51,628 nt of DNA from Candidatus Uhrbacteria bacterium (lineage in GTDB: Bacteria > Patescibacteriota > Patescibacteriia > UBA9934 > GWF2-40-263): contig JACPHU010000005.1 in assembly GCA_016188495.1 (NCBI GenBank), positions 1 to 51,628 on the forward strand, given 5' to 3'. The position numbers were made by a program, and so were the translations under genes. A model generated the notes under the pieces. The model saw only the letters and a list, made by a program, of their open reading frames with translations. It was not told the origin of the DNA and made no database searches. Positions 1 to 10,168 of this stretch are shown here, one piece after another; the first letter of the stretch is position 1; the number at the start of each line of letters is the position of its first letter.

Positions 1-1
1 C

Positions 2-517
2 AAGGGAGTTCGTTGCCCCTTCTCAGGTTGTGACGGTCTGATCCTGCAGCCCAAGCAGGAGAAGTCCTTCCAGTCCTGGGTCACTCTGCAGGAGCGTGCT
101 CCGGCGGTGACTCATTATCGGGACGGGCATCTTCCTCTGCCTGAGCGCAACGACATCATCCTGAAGGAAGCCGGACAGGGACTCTACGAGATCAGCAGCC
201 TGGTTCGTCAGGCTCTGGAACAGGAAGATCTCACGACAGAGGAAGGGGAGATCGACGTCGCTCACTTCCTCATGTATCTGGCCCATGATCCTTCCGTCGC
301 TTCCCGTTTCCGAGGCAAGGACGAGGTGCTCGTATCATTGGGTAGGCCGAGTATGTTCGGAGCCTATGATCTGACCTCGGTTCGCGCCGAAGTGAGGAAG
401 CTACCCAAACTGTTCCGGTGGAAAGGAAACCGGAATCTAAAGCTCCCGTTGATAATGGTAAACCCACTCTGTTCGTTCTCTGTGCACCCAAAGATAAGGA
501 TGAACTTGAAGAACTGA
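2..517 (+). CDS. 3' part of a hypothetical protein running in from the left edge; possibly frameshifted from the downstream TIR-like ORF
   Basis: Frame 2 is open from position 2 (KGVRCPFSGCDGLILQ...) to the stop at 515-517. It overlaps the TIR-like ORF by about 100 nt. Confidence 0.55.
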   Translation, partial: KGVRCPFSGCDGLILQPKQEKSFQSWVTLQERAPAVTHYRDGHLPLPERNDIILKEAGQGLYEISSLVRQALEQEDLTTEEGEIDVAHFLMYLAHDPSVASRFRGKDEVLVSLGRPSMFGAYDLTSVRAEVRKLPKLFRWKGNRNLKLPLIMVNPLCSFSVHPKIRMNLKN

Positions 518-849
518 GGATTCAGTTGGCGCGTCGTGCCAACATTCTCAGTGATGATAGTGTCCCGCCAGGCGGAGATTTTGAGGAGGAGCGTCGGATT
601 CTTATTGACCAATCTGACGGTATCATCCTCATGCTCAGCGCGTCCTCTGCCGCCAAAGGACTGGACGAGGAAGCGGTTCGTTTGGCGAAATCGGGTAAAC
701 GGTGTGCACCGATGCTTGTGTCCGCCTACGATTATCCGTCGAGTGCGGTTGGACGTATACAGTGCATGAATCGTATGAAGCCGGTCAAGACTGAAGATGA
801 CTGGCTGACGGTTAATAAAGAGATCCGTAAGGTTTTCAACATCCCTTAA
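418..849 (+). CDS. TIR-like domain protein (degenerate TIR_2 type)
   Basis: The pattern LFVLCAPKD..LEEL..QL...ILSDDSVPPGGDFEEE..ILIDQSDGIILMLSAS...EE...RCAPMLV...IQCM..KPV...W..V..EIR follows the bacterial TIR beta/alpha consensus. Confidence 0.65.
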   Translation: MERKPESKAPVDNGKPTLFVLCAPKDKDELEELRIQLARRANILSDDSVPPGGDFEEERRILIDQSDGIILMLSASSAAKGLDEEAVRLAKSGKRCAPMLVSAYDYPSSAVGRIQCMNRMKPVKTEDDWLTVNKEIRKVFNIP

Positions 850-860
850 AGTATTTCTTA

Positions 861-900
861 CCCCTGATCGAGTTTCAGCTCAATCAGGGGTTTTTATTTT
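861..900 (+). terminator. Intrinsic terminator
   Basis: CCCCTGAT..ATCAGGGG stem followed by a T-rich tract, just after the TIR ORF stop. Confidence 0.75.
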
Positions 901-914
901 TGTTTAAAATTTAG

Positions 915-943
915 TTGCTTTTTTTTATCGAGTTTTGTATCAT
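915..943 (+). promoter_or_regulatory. Putative sigma70 promoter for tRNA-Leu
   Basis: TTGCTT (915-920), 17-nt spacer, TATCAT (938-943). Confidence 0.5.
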
Positions 944-960
944 CCCATCGTCAATTGAAT

Positions 961-1090
961 GAGATTGTTTCAGAATTTGATGAGATTGCCTTGAACGGGC
1001 TGGCAGCCCCGGAAGACGTACCCAAACGTACGTCTTCCGGGGTGCCTGGGCGCCCGTGAAAGGCAAGATCGCAAATTCTGAAACAATCTC
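961..1090 (-). repeat. Structured intergenic repeat, copy A (130 bp)
   Basis: Perfect 19-bp terminal IR GAGATTGTTTCAGAATTTG/CAAATTCTGAAACAATCTC, core ATGAGATTGCCTTGAACGGGC...GCCCGTGAAAGGCAAGATCG, and apical hairpin CCCCGGAAGACGTAC/GTACGTCTTCCGGGG. Confidence 0.9.
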
Positions 1091-1095
1091 CATGA

Positions 1096-1182
1096 GCGCG
1101 GATGGTGGAATTGGTATACACGCCAGCTTGAGGGGCTGGTGCCAGCAATGGCTTGGAGGTTCGAGTCCTCTTCCGCGCACCA
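1096..1182 (+). tRNA. tRNA-Leu (GAG)
   Basis: Acceptor stem GCGCGGA/TCCGCGC, anticodon arm CCAGC-TT-GAG-GG-GCTGG, long variable arm, GTTCGAG T-loop and encoded CCA. Confidence 0.97.
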
Positions 1183-1215
1183 CAAAACACACTTCTAATA
1201 AGAAGTGTGTTTTGT
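1182..1215 (+). terminator. Hairpin terminator after tRNA-Leu
   Basis: ACAAAACACACTTCT-aata-AGAAGTGTGTTTTGT inverted repeat. Confidence 0.7.
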
Positions 1216-1225
1216 ATTGTGCTGA

Positions 1226-1353
1226 AGATCTCTACAAAACTCGCGATCTTACCTTTCACGGGCGCCTGTTGACCACACTCTCCCTATTCTAAATAGGGTT
1301 CGTATGGCTCAACAGCCCGTTCAAGGCAATCTCATCGAGTTTTGTAGAGATCT
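1226..1353 (+). repeat. Structured intergenic repeat, copy B (128 bp)
   Basis: 18-bp IR AGATCTCTACAAAACTCG/CGAGTTTTGTAGAGATCT, core CGATCTTACCTTTCACGGGCGCC...GCCCGTTCAAGGCAATCTCAT, apical CCCTATT/AATAGGG. Confidence 0.9.
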
Positions 1354-1409
1354 CTCTGGTATTGATTTATCTTTTTGGATCAAGTATTCTTTTAATCGTT
1401 AATATTTTA

Positions 1410-1486
1410 GGGCGTTTAGCTCAGCTGGTTAGAGCGCTTCGTTTACACCGAATAGGTCGGGGGTTCGAATCCCTCAACGCCCACCA
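1410..1486 (+). tRNA. tRNA-Val (TAC)
   Basis: Acceptor GGGCGTT/AACGCCC, D-arm GCTC/GAGC, anticodon loop TT-TAC-AC, GTTCGAATC T-loop and encoded CCA. There is one mismatch at the top of the anticodon stem. Confidence 0.95.
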
Positions 1487-1523
1487 CAAAAAACATCGAC
1501 TAAAGGTCGATGTTTTTTGTGGT
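1483..1523 (+). terminator. Hairpin terminator after tRNA-Val
   Basis: ACCACAAAAAACATCGAC/GTCGATGTTTTTTGTGGT inverted repeat. Confidence 0.7.
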
Positions 1524-1546
1524 GTCTTTTGTTATACTGAAGATCT

Positions 1547-1807
1547 ATGTCACCATGGATTCGTATTCCGCTAGGATTATTTATTATTGCTGTTGGTTTT
1601 TTGATGGTACAAAAAACGGACGTTTTTCTTTCTTGGTTTGGACGGATTCCATTTGCCGAGGATAAATTTGGTCCGGGCGGATCTCGTTTTTTTTATAAAC
1701 TATTAGGAATTGCGGTGGTATTCATAGGAATTTCTACGGCAACGAACGTTATCTCGGGTGTCTTAGAAGATCTCGCCGGACTTTTGACCCATACGAGTTC
1801 TTCCTAA
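1547..1807 (+). CDS. Small membrane protein (2 TM), unknown function
   Basis: 86-aa ORF with two hydrophobic helices. An extended -10 (TGTTATACT) lies 8 nt before the ATG. Confidence 0.8.
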   Translation: MSPWIRIPLGLFIIAVGFLMVQKTDVFLSWFGRIPFAEDKFGPGGSRFFYKLLGIAVVFIGISTATNVISGVLEDLAGLLTHTSSS

Positions 1808-1858
1808 GCTTGATCAGTTGGAGGGGTTTTGTTAATCTCTGATTACTATCAACCTCAT

Positions 1859-2281
1859 ATGCTTTCATTTTTTCGGCCAACGTACTGGTTCACCATGGAT
1901 CCTCCTCAAGTAGGAGGTCTTTTAGGAAATGCCGTTTTTGTCCTTTTTGTTCTGTGTGTGGTTTTAGGGGTTATTGGACATATTGTGACAGATCGTCACA
2001 AAAAGGACCGATACGTTCGCCAAATAGGGAAACGTGTTTCGACTCTTTTGGTCACAATGGGAATGTTGGGAGTCGCCTTATATTTTTTCAGTTTTGAGGA
2101 AATTCAGCTATTTGGAGCAAGGTTTTGGTATCCGGTTTGGATCATTGCGGTGATGGTTTGGACATTGCTGATTATACGGTTTGTCAGAATAGAGATTCCT
2201 CGGTCACAACAACAAACACAAACACGGCAAGCTATCGCTAAATATCTTCCTCGTAAAAAAGCCAAGAAGCATCATCGCTAA
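1859..2281 (+). CDS. Membrane protein (about 3 TM), unknown function
   Basis: Hydrophobic segments and a basic C-terminal tail. ATG at 1859 is preferred over the upstream TTG. Confidence 0.8.
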   Translation: MLSFFRPTYWFTMDPPQVGGLLGNAVFVLFVLCVVLGVIGHIVTDRHKKDRYVRQIGKRVSTLLVTMGMLGVALYFFSFEEIQLFGARFWYPVWIIAVMVWTLLIIRFVRIEIPRSQQQTQTRQAIAKYLPRKKAKKHHR

Positions 2282-2289
2282 GTTTGAGT

Positions 2290-2658
2290 ATGGACGAACG
2301 CAGACGCTTTGGTAATCAGGGAGAAGCGCTAGCGGCTGAATATCTGGAATCAAAAGGTTTTCGGATTTTGGAACGTCAATATACGCGACCTTACGGAGAA
2401 ATCGACCTTATTTGTCTGGATGGCGAAGAGGTCGTTTTTGTTGAGGTGAAGTCGCGACGAACAAATCAGTATGGGTACCCCGAAGATTCCGTGACTCCTA
2501 AAAAGATCAGGCACCTGCTTCGTGTCATTGAGGAGTATCTCGTCTCTTCGCGTTTTTTTGAAACACCTTGGAGGATCGATGTTGTCGCTATCGAGTTTTA
2601 TTGCCAGCCTCCGCAGGTGACGCATATCAAAGCTATTGACGTTCCTGAGAATTATTGA
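2290..2658 (+). CDS. yraN: YraN / UPF0102 family putative endonuclease
   Basis: G.QGE.LA..YL...GF.IL, GEIDLI, VFVEVKSR and RIDVVAI motifs. Confidence 0.92.
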   Translation: MDERRRFGNQGEALAAEYLESKGFRILERQYTRPYGEIDLICLDGEEVVFVEVKSRRTNQYGYPEDSVTPKKIRHLLRVIEEYLVSSRFFETPWRIDVVAIEFYCQPPQVTHIKAIDVPENY

Positions 2659-2729
2659 TATATTTTTTTTATCAGAAACCTGTCGGATCGACGGGTTTCT
2701 TTGTTAATTGTCGTATTTGAACTATTTCT

Positions 2730-3983
2730 ATGTCCTCACCTATTGAACAAGCGATTCGTCAGATTTGTGAAGAGAAAGGTCTTGCGTTTGAATCCGTGAT
2801 CGACGCTATCCAATCAGCGTTAGCGGCGGCCTATCGTAAAGATTTCGGTGATAAAAACAGTAACATCGAAGTTGAATTTGATCCTGCAACAGCTCAGTCG
2901 CGCGTTTTTGATATAAAGACCGTTGTAGAAGACGTGGACGTGGAAGAGCTCGAACGACTTGAGGAAGAGCGTAGACAATATGCAGAAAAGTTAGCGTTTC
3001 AAATCGAAGATGCACGCAGACGCGGAAGAGATATCCCTTCAATTTCTATTGAAGATGAATTAGGTCCTCGTTTTAATCCCAAAACAGACATCATGGTTTC
3101 CGAGGCCCAAGTATTAAAGATGGGTGCAAAAATCGGGGATGTGATTCGTACAGAAATGCCTACTCCAGGCGAGTTTGGTCGTATGGCCGCAATGACCGCC
3201 AAACAAGTCATCACACAAAAGCTTCGCGAGGCTGAACGAGAAGTGATCTTTAGCGAATTTAAGGAACATGAAGGTCAGATCATGAATGGAACTGTTCAAC
3301 GTCGTGAAGGCCGTGTAGTCCTAGTAGATTTGGGCCGCATTACAGGTGTCATGCGCCAGGAAGATCAGATTCCTTCGGAACGCTATAACACAGGGGATCG
3401 TATCAAGGTATTTGTTCGTCAAGTGAGCTTGACGACGAAGGGTCCGGAAATTCTCGTTTCACGTACTTCAGAGGAGATGGTTCGAACCCTTTTTGAATTT
3501 GAAATTCCAGAAGTCGCTGAAGGTTCGGTTCAAATTAAAGCCATTGCTCGAGAAGCAGGTTCCCGTTCGAAAGTGGCTGTTACCACATCCGATCAAAACA
3601 TCGATCCGATCGGGGCATGTATCGGTCAGCGGGGAACGCGTATCCAAACCATTATTGCTGAACTAGGTGGTGAAAAAATCGATATTGTCGAATGGAGCGA
3701 AAATCCTGCAGCATTTATTAGCAATGCATTGTCTCCTGCTAAAATTACAAAGTTAGAACTTCATAACAGTGAGAAAGCTGTTTTTGTAAAAGTCCAAGAA
3801 GATCAACTGTCACTTGCTATTGGAAAAGGCGGACAAAATGTTCGTCTAGCAGCTCATCTCACAGGTTGGAAAATTAACATTTCTGGAGACGAGGGGGTCG
3901 CACCTGAAGAAACTCCTGCACCAGAAGAGGCCGCTTCTCTCCCAGAGGATTCCGCTAAACAAGAATCAGAATCTCACGCCTAG
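2730..3983 (+). CDS. nusA: Transcription termination/antitermination factor NusA
   Basis: FGRMAAMTAKQVI.QK.REAER, S1 domain, AREAGSRSKVAV, GACIGQRGTRI and LAIGKGGQNVRLA KH motifs. Confidence 0.98.
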   Translation: MSSPIEQAIRQICEEKGLAFESVIDAIQSALAAAYRKDFGDKNSNIEVEFDPATAQSRVFDIKTVVEDVDVEELERLEEERRQYAEKLAFQIEDARRRGRDIPSISIEDELGPRFNPKTDIMVSEAQVLKMGAKIGDVIRTEMPTPGEFGRMAAMTAKQVITQKLREAEREVIFSEFKEHEGQIMNGTVQRREGRVVLVDLGRITGVMRQEDQIPSERYNTGDRIKVFVRQVSLTTKGPEILVSRTSEEMVRTLFEFEIPEVAEGSVQIKAIAREAGSRSKVAVTTSDQNIDPIGACIGQRGTRIQTIIAELGGEKIDIVEWSENPAAFISNALSPAKITKLELHNSEKAVFVKVQEDQLSLAIGKGGQNVRLAAHLTGWKINISGDEGVAPEETPAPEEAASLPEDSAKQESESHA

Positions 3984-3989
3984 AGACAT

Positions 3990-4742
3990 ATGGGGACACT
4001 TTTTCACAACGTTCTTTACGTACCTATTTTTAACCTTCTCGTTTTTCTCTACGAAATTCTTCCAGGAGCAGATGTTGGGTTTGCCATCATTGCCTTAACG
4101 ATCGTCATTAAGCTTCTTTTGTGGCCGCTCATGAACCAGTCTTTGCGTTCACAAAAAGCGCTTCAAACGCTTCAGCCAAAGATTGATGAATTAAAAACAC
4201 GTTTTGGAGACGATCGAGAAGGGCTATCCAAGGCCATGATGGAGCTTTACCAAACAGAAAAAGTAAATCCGCTTGCTTCTTGTTTACCCTTGCTTATTCA
4301 GTTGCCTGTTTTAATTGCTCTCTATCAAGTCCTTCTCGGGGGATTTGGAGCAGAAACACTCACGCAGCTTTACAGTTTTGTTTCTCATCCGGGTGAAATT
4401 AATCATGTTTTTCTAGGAATCGTTGACCTTTCCGTGGCCAGTGTTTACATGGCCGTTTTAGCTGGAATCTTCCAATTTGTTCAGACCCGCATGATGATGA
4501 TGCGCCGTCCACCCAAAGAAGTTCGTGGTTCTAAGGGGGCCATTGATGAAACGATGCTTGCGAGCATGAACAAGTCTATGCTGTATTTTATGCCTGTCAT
4601 GACCGTTGTGATTGGTGCAAGCTTGCCCGCCGGTCTCACTCTTTATTGGGTAACGGTTAATATCGTTTCTATTATCCAGCAACACATTATTTTTTCAAAA
4701 AACAATCCATCTGAGAAAGAAACAAAAATCGACTCTAAATAA
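3990..4742 (+). CDS. yidC: Membrane protein insertase YidC/Oxa1 (short form)
   Basis: GFAIIALTIVIKLLLWPL, LQPKI.ELK, NPLASCLPLLIQLP and PAGLTLYW motifs. Confidence 0.95.
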   Translation: MGTLFHNVLYVPIFNLLVFLYEILPGADVGFAIIALTIVIKLLLWPLMNQSLRSQKALQTLQPKIDELKTRFGDDREGLSKAMMELYQTEKVNPLASCLPLLIQLPVLIALYQVLLGGFGAETLTQLYSFVSHPGEINHVFLGIVDLSVASVYMAVLAGIFQFVQTRMMMMRRPPKEVRGSKGAIDETMLASMNKSMLYFMPVMTVVIGASLPAGLTLYWVTVNIVSIIQQHIIFSKNNPSEKETKIDSK

Positions 4743-4758
4743 AGAGTCGATTTTTGTT
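4721..4758 (+). terminator. Hairpin terminator overlapping the yidC stop
   Basis: AACAAAAATCGACTCT/AGAGTCGATTTTTGTT inverted repeat. Confidence 0.7.
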
Positions 4759-4761
4759 TAT

Positions 4762-4918
4762 GAGACCTCTACAAAACTCGATGAGATTGCCTTGAACGGG
4801 GTAACCCGTCCGAACGAACATAAGGCCGGGCGGGTCGACGACAGAGCCGTACTCACCGTACGGTGACGAGTCGATGGGGCCCCGTGAAAGGCAAGATCGC
4901 GAGTTTTGTAGAGGTCTC
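4762..4918 (-). repeat. Structured intergenic repeat, copy C (157 bp, carries a nested 30-bp hairpin)
   Basis: 19-bp IR GAGACCTCTACAAAACTCG/CGAGTTTTGTAGAGGTCTC with the same core as copies A and B. An extra hairpin lies at 4805-4834. Confidence 0.9.
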
Positions 4919-4937
4919 TGTGCTAAGATGCAAAGAT

Positions 4938-5864
4938 ATGGGTCACCAGACCGATTTAGAACAATCAGTCATGAGAACCATTCTTTGGTTTTCGTTGTTT
5001 TCTTATCCACTGACGGCTTTTGAATTGTGGAAATGGTTATTGAAGCCTCAGCGTCCTTACGATTTAATCGAAGTCTACTCTATCCTTGAAAAAAGCGACT
5101 GGCTTAAACAAATGCTTGAGACGTCTGAGGGTTTTTATGCCCTTAAAGGGAAACAGATTAATGAAATGGTTCGAGATCGTCAGATGCGATTTTTGGATGC
5201 GGAACGTAAGTATAAAATGTTGCGTCGCATTGCGAAGTTTTTTTATCTTCTTCCTTCTGTTCGTGCGGTTGGTGTAGTCAATACCATGGCGTGGTGGTCG
5301 ACAACCTCTCAGAGTGATATTGATCTGTATGTGGTGACAAAACCAGGATCTATCTGGTCTTCTCGTTTTTGGTTAGTGCTGCCGTTTTTTCTCACAGGAC
5401 AAAGACCCATGCACCACCAGCAACTCAGACAAGGAAAGGATCCGTTTTGTTTTAGCTTTTTTTCCACGACAGAACATCTTCAGATGGAACATCTGTGTTT
5501 TCCCAGGGATTATTACATGGCTTTTTGGGTAAAATCTTTAGTTCCTATTTTGGATCGCGATGGGAATTTTTCCGTTTTTCATCAGGAGAATCGTTGGGCC
5601 ACGCGCTTGTTGCCCAATGCCCATCCTCGCACGCATCACCGGTCTCACGTACCATGGACGATGCCGAGTCTGTTTTTTCCAGGTACATTTTTTGAGTCTT
5701 TTTTTCGGACTCTCCAACAAAAACGACTTCCACTTCAGCTTCGAACACTAGCCAATATTGATTCAAGGGTCATTGTCACAGATGAAGTGTTGAAGTTTCA
5801 TGAAAATGATCGACGCCTCCAATTTCGTGATGCGTTTGAATCTCTTCTTGAACGTTATTTATGA
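4938..5864 (+). CDS. Putative pol-beta-superfamily nucleotidyltransferase-like protein
   Basis: LPSVRAVGVVNTMA....SQSDIDLYVV resembles the hG[GS]x9-13DhD motif, with NT in place of GS. Start at ATG 4938, downstream of the repeat. Confidence 0.65.
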   Translation: MGHQTDLEQSVMRTILWFSLFSYPLTAFELWKWLLKPQRPYDLIEVYSILEKSDWLKQMLETSEGFYALKGKQINEMVRDRQMRFLDAERKYKMLRRIAKFFYLLPSVRAVGVVNTMAWWSTTSQSDIDLYVVTKPGSIWSSRFWLVLPFFLTGQRPMHHQQLRQGKDPFCFSFFSTTEHLQMEHLCFPRDYYMAFWVKSLVPILDRDGNFSVFHQENRWATRLLPNAHPRTHHRSHVPWTMPSLFFPGTFFESFFRTLQQKRLPLQLRTLANIDSRVIVTDEVLKFHENDRRLQFRDAFESLLERYL

Positions 5865-7126
5865 TTGCCTCTTTTGCCAATCTTCTGTTTCTTTGTTCCA
5901 TCTTTTTTTTGTCTTGGCAAACGCAATGGATCATCGGAAGCGTTTCGATTTCAGGGCAAGCGTCTTCCTATGGCGTTTTTTCTGTCTATGTTGTCGAAGT
6001 ATTTATTCTTTTTGCCTTTTTGCTCCGTCTCCGACAGCAAACGTCCCCGATGGTTCTTCACTCTTGGAAGACGTTGTCTTTTTTTCTCGCCATGGTTTTT
6101 TTCTCATTGAGTTTCAGTCACTTTACGCAGATAGGATGGTTCCAGGCGATCCATGTCGTTTCCGCTTCAATGTTGTATTTTTTAATCACAGACCAGCGCA
6201 CAAATATTAAGCAGGTTCTTTCGCTTTTTTTATTGGGTCTCATGGTTCCTGTAGCGCTGGGATGGTTCCAAGTGATTCGTGGCTCAAGTCCAGATTCCAC
6301 AACGCTTGGCATTGCGGCAAAAGACGTGTTTACCCCTGGTGTGGCGGTTGTTGAAACACTTGCAGGCCGTCTGATGCGGGCATACGGAACGTTTCCGCAC
6401 CCAAATATTTTTGGCGGTTATCTTGCTTTCGCGGTGATTGCTCTGGGGTATTTGAGTTTGCGATTAAAAAAACATGAGTGGGTGATGGGACTGGTGGGAG
6501 CTGCTGTTTTTGGAGCAACCTTGGTCACCACTTTTTCGCGTTCGGCATGGTTGGGACTTTTCATCGGATGTCTTGTTCTCATTGCTTTGATGTTTTGGCA
6601 AAAAAAAATACCTCCGCGACGAGCTCTTCCTATTTTGATGATTGGATTGGCGTCTGTGCTTTCAACACTGATATTGTTTCATAACCAAGTCTTTTCAAGA
6701 GTGTATCCAACTGGCCGTATCGAAGTGATTTCCATAGAAGAACGCGCTTCCCAATATCAAACGGTTGATGACGTTTTTTTGTCCGCCCCTTTTTTTGGCG
6801 TGGGTCCCAATGCTTACACGTTTGTTCTTTCGCAACGTGATCCGGGCCATCCCGCATGGTCGTACCAACCGGTTCATAACACGTTTTTGTTGATTCTCGC
6901 CGAGCTTGGATTAGTCGGAATACTTTTTTTTGGTTATTTTATTTTTTCGGTAAATCCCATCGCACATGCATCTGTACGGAAACCAGATGGAATGTTTGCT
7001 GTTATGATTGGTGTCACTTTTTTTGTGATCGCCCTATTTGATCATTATCTCTGGTCGTTGTGGTCAGGACTGGCATTGAGTGCCTTGGCCTGCGCAGTGA
7101 TGGTGCGATGGGAAAGAGATAAGTGA
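5861..7126 (+). CDS. O-antigen ligase / Wzy_C family membrane protein
   Basis: About 12 TM segments, with RAYGTFPHPNIFGGY, TFSRSAW, PFFGVGPNAY and PVHNTFLLILAELGLVG motifs. Confidence 0.88.
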   Translation: MIASFANLLFLCSIFFLSWQTQWIIGSVSISGQASSYGVFSVYVVEVFILFAFLLRLRQQTSPMVLHSWKTLSFFLAMVFFSLSFSHFTQIGWFQAIHVVSASMLYFLITDQRTNIKQVLSLFLLGLMVPVALGWFQVIRGSSPDSTTLGIAAKDVFTPGVAVVETLAGRLMRAYGTFPHPNIFGGYLAFAVIALGYLSLRLKKHEWVMGLVGAAVFGATLVTTFSRSAWLGLFIGCLVLIALMFWQKKIPPRRALPILMIGLASVLSTLILFHNQVFSRVYPTGRIEVISIEERASQYQTVDDVFLSAPFFGVGPNAYTFVLSQRDPGHPAWSYQPVHNTFLLILAELGLVGILFFGYFIFSVNPIAHASVRKPDGMFAVMIGVTFFVIALFDHYLWSLWSGLALSALACAVMVRWERDK

Positions 7127-7148
7127 ATATGGGATTTGTTTAAAATCA

Positions 7149-7177
7149 TTGACAAAATGTTGATTTTGTGGTTTAAT
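7149..7177 (+). promoter_or_regulatory. Sigma70 promoter
   Basis: TTGACA (7149-7154), 17-nt spacer, TG-G-TTTAAT extended -10 (7169-7177). Confidence 0.7.
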
Positions 7178-7343
7178 AGCAGGTCTTTTTTCTATCTACT
7201 CTAGCAAAAAGATGCTCTAAAAAGGGCGGTTTCTTGCCATAGTTGATTTATAGGACAATCTCTTCTCGTGAGAGAGGAACATTTCATAACTCCGGGTCTA
7301 CCAAGTTCGGAAAGAAAACGGCTATCAACCGGAAGGAGTTCGT

Positions 7344-7910
7344 ATGTTCAAGTATGGTAAATGGCTTGAGACGATCGTTAACCGATTCCGAGGCAAATCT
7401 GTCGTTTCCAAACCCGCCAAGCGCTGGCGGGAAGTCGATGGAGTGATCTATCTCACCGTCGTTTCCGACGGAACGAGCGGAGAAGCGTGCACATGTTTGG
7501 AGCAAAACAATGTTCGCTTAAGTGCAGATACAAAAAGTGTTTTGCATTCTTCTGGGGATTTTAAGCATACGAATGGTATACTCTACGAGATTGCCATTCT
7601 GAAGGGGGATCGTTTTTTAGGTATGACTCGGGATTTTTACCGGAAGGCGGGTGAGATGGAATTTACGATTCCGAACGCGGAAGTCGTCTGTCTCATCCGT
7701 AAGAATTTTACGGACAAAGAAATCGCGCACATGGGATTGGGTTATATTGTGGTGATGCGTCAGTTCGGGGATTTTGATGGTAAATCGAAGTTCCTTGCGG
7801 TTGGTCGAGGTGGTAGTTTGTTTACGTGCGAGGTTTATCCTTGTCACAATGACGTATGGCCCTGTGGAGGCGGGTTCGCGTTCCTCGCTCCATCCCAAAG
7901 GGATGTTTGA
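7344..7910 (+). CDS. Hypothetical protein with a degenerate DGR-target-like (C-type-lectin-fold-like) C-terminus
   Basis: AAGGAG SD and its own promoter and terminator. The C-terminus D.DG....LAV.R......W....GFAF parallels the end of the 10242 gene (DSDG...VFSV.R...W.....W....FVF). Confidence 0.7.
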   Translation: MFKYGKWLETIVNRFRGKSVVSKPAKRWREVDGVIYLTVVSDGTSGEACTCLEQNNVRLSADTKSVLHSSGDFKHTNGILYEIAILKGDRFLGMTRDFYRKAGEMEFTIPNAEVVCLIRKNFTDKEIAHMGLGYIVVMRQFGDFDGKSKFLAVGRGGSLFTCEVYPCHNDVWPCGGGFAFLAPSQRDV

Positions 7911-7918
7911 TTTTTCTG

Positions 7919-7962
7919 CGCCGTACTCCTGCTGACTTTCAACAGGAGTACGGCGTTTTTTT
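7919..7962 (+). terminator. Intrinsic terminator
   Basis: CGCCGTACTCCTG/CAGGAGTACGGCG stem followed by a T run. Confidence 0.85.
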
Positions 7963-7980
7963 GTTTTGAATTTTGATCCC

Positions 7981-8043
7981 TTGACAACAACCCTCGCTTT
8001 GAACACAATGAAACCGTTAGCACTCTTGGTATGAGACTGCTAG
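7981..8043 (+). promoter_or_regulatory. groESL promoter with CIRCE (HrcA operator)
   Basis: TTGACA (7981), N17, CACAAT (8004), then TTAGCACTC-N9-GACTGCTAG at 8017-8043 (consensus TTAGCACTC-N9-GAGTGCTAA). Confidence 0.9.
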
Positions 8044-8088
8044 CGTCTTTTTTCTCATAACATTATCTAAATTTTTAACTTTTTACTT

Positions 8089-10021
<1,933 letters not shown>

Positions 10022-10022
<1 letters not shown>

Positions 10023-10149
10023 AACCATTGCAAAACTTGCGATCTTGCGGTTTACGGGCGCCCGCTGACTCCACTCTCCCTATTGTGAATAGGGTTCGTG
10101 CAGCTCAGCAGCCCGTGCACCGCAATCTCATCAAGTTTAGCAAAGGTTT
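10022..10149 (+). repeat. Structured intergenic repeat, copy D (128 bp, most diverged)
   Basis: 18-bp IR with 2 mismatches. The core CGATCTTGCGGTTTACGGGCGCC...GCCCGTGCACCGCAATCTCAT carries compensatory changes. The apical hairpin is of the copy-B class. Confidence 0.88.
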
Positions 10150-10168
10150 AACAAAATTGTTTTTAAGC

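Noticed and set aside
911-1574. Short ORFs across the tRNA region, and the 4863 N-terminal extension (PVKGKIASFVE)
   Set aside because: These are translations of tRNAs and repeat copies. The shared peptide simply reflects the repeat core.
7242-7329. Purine or 2'-dG riboswitch (TCTACC..CTAT motifs)
   Set aside because: Spacing and the P2/P3 kissing loops do not fit. Kept only as an unclassified structured leader.
7413-7431. CCCGCCA/TGGCGGG hairpin inside the 7344 gene as a REP insertion
   Set aside because: It is only a 7-bp stem of 19 nt (not a multiple of 3), with no evidence that it is an insertion.
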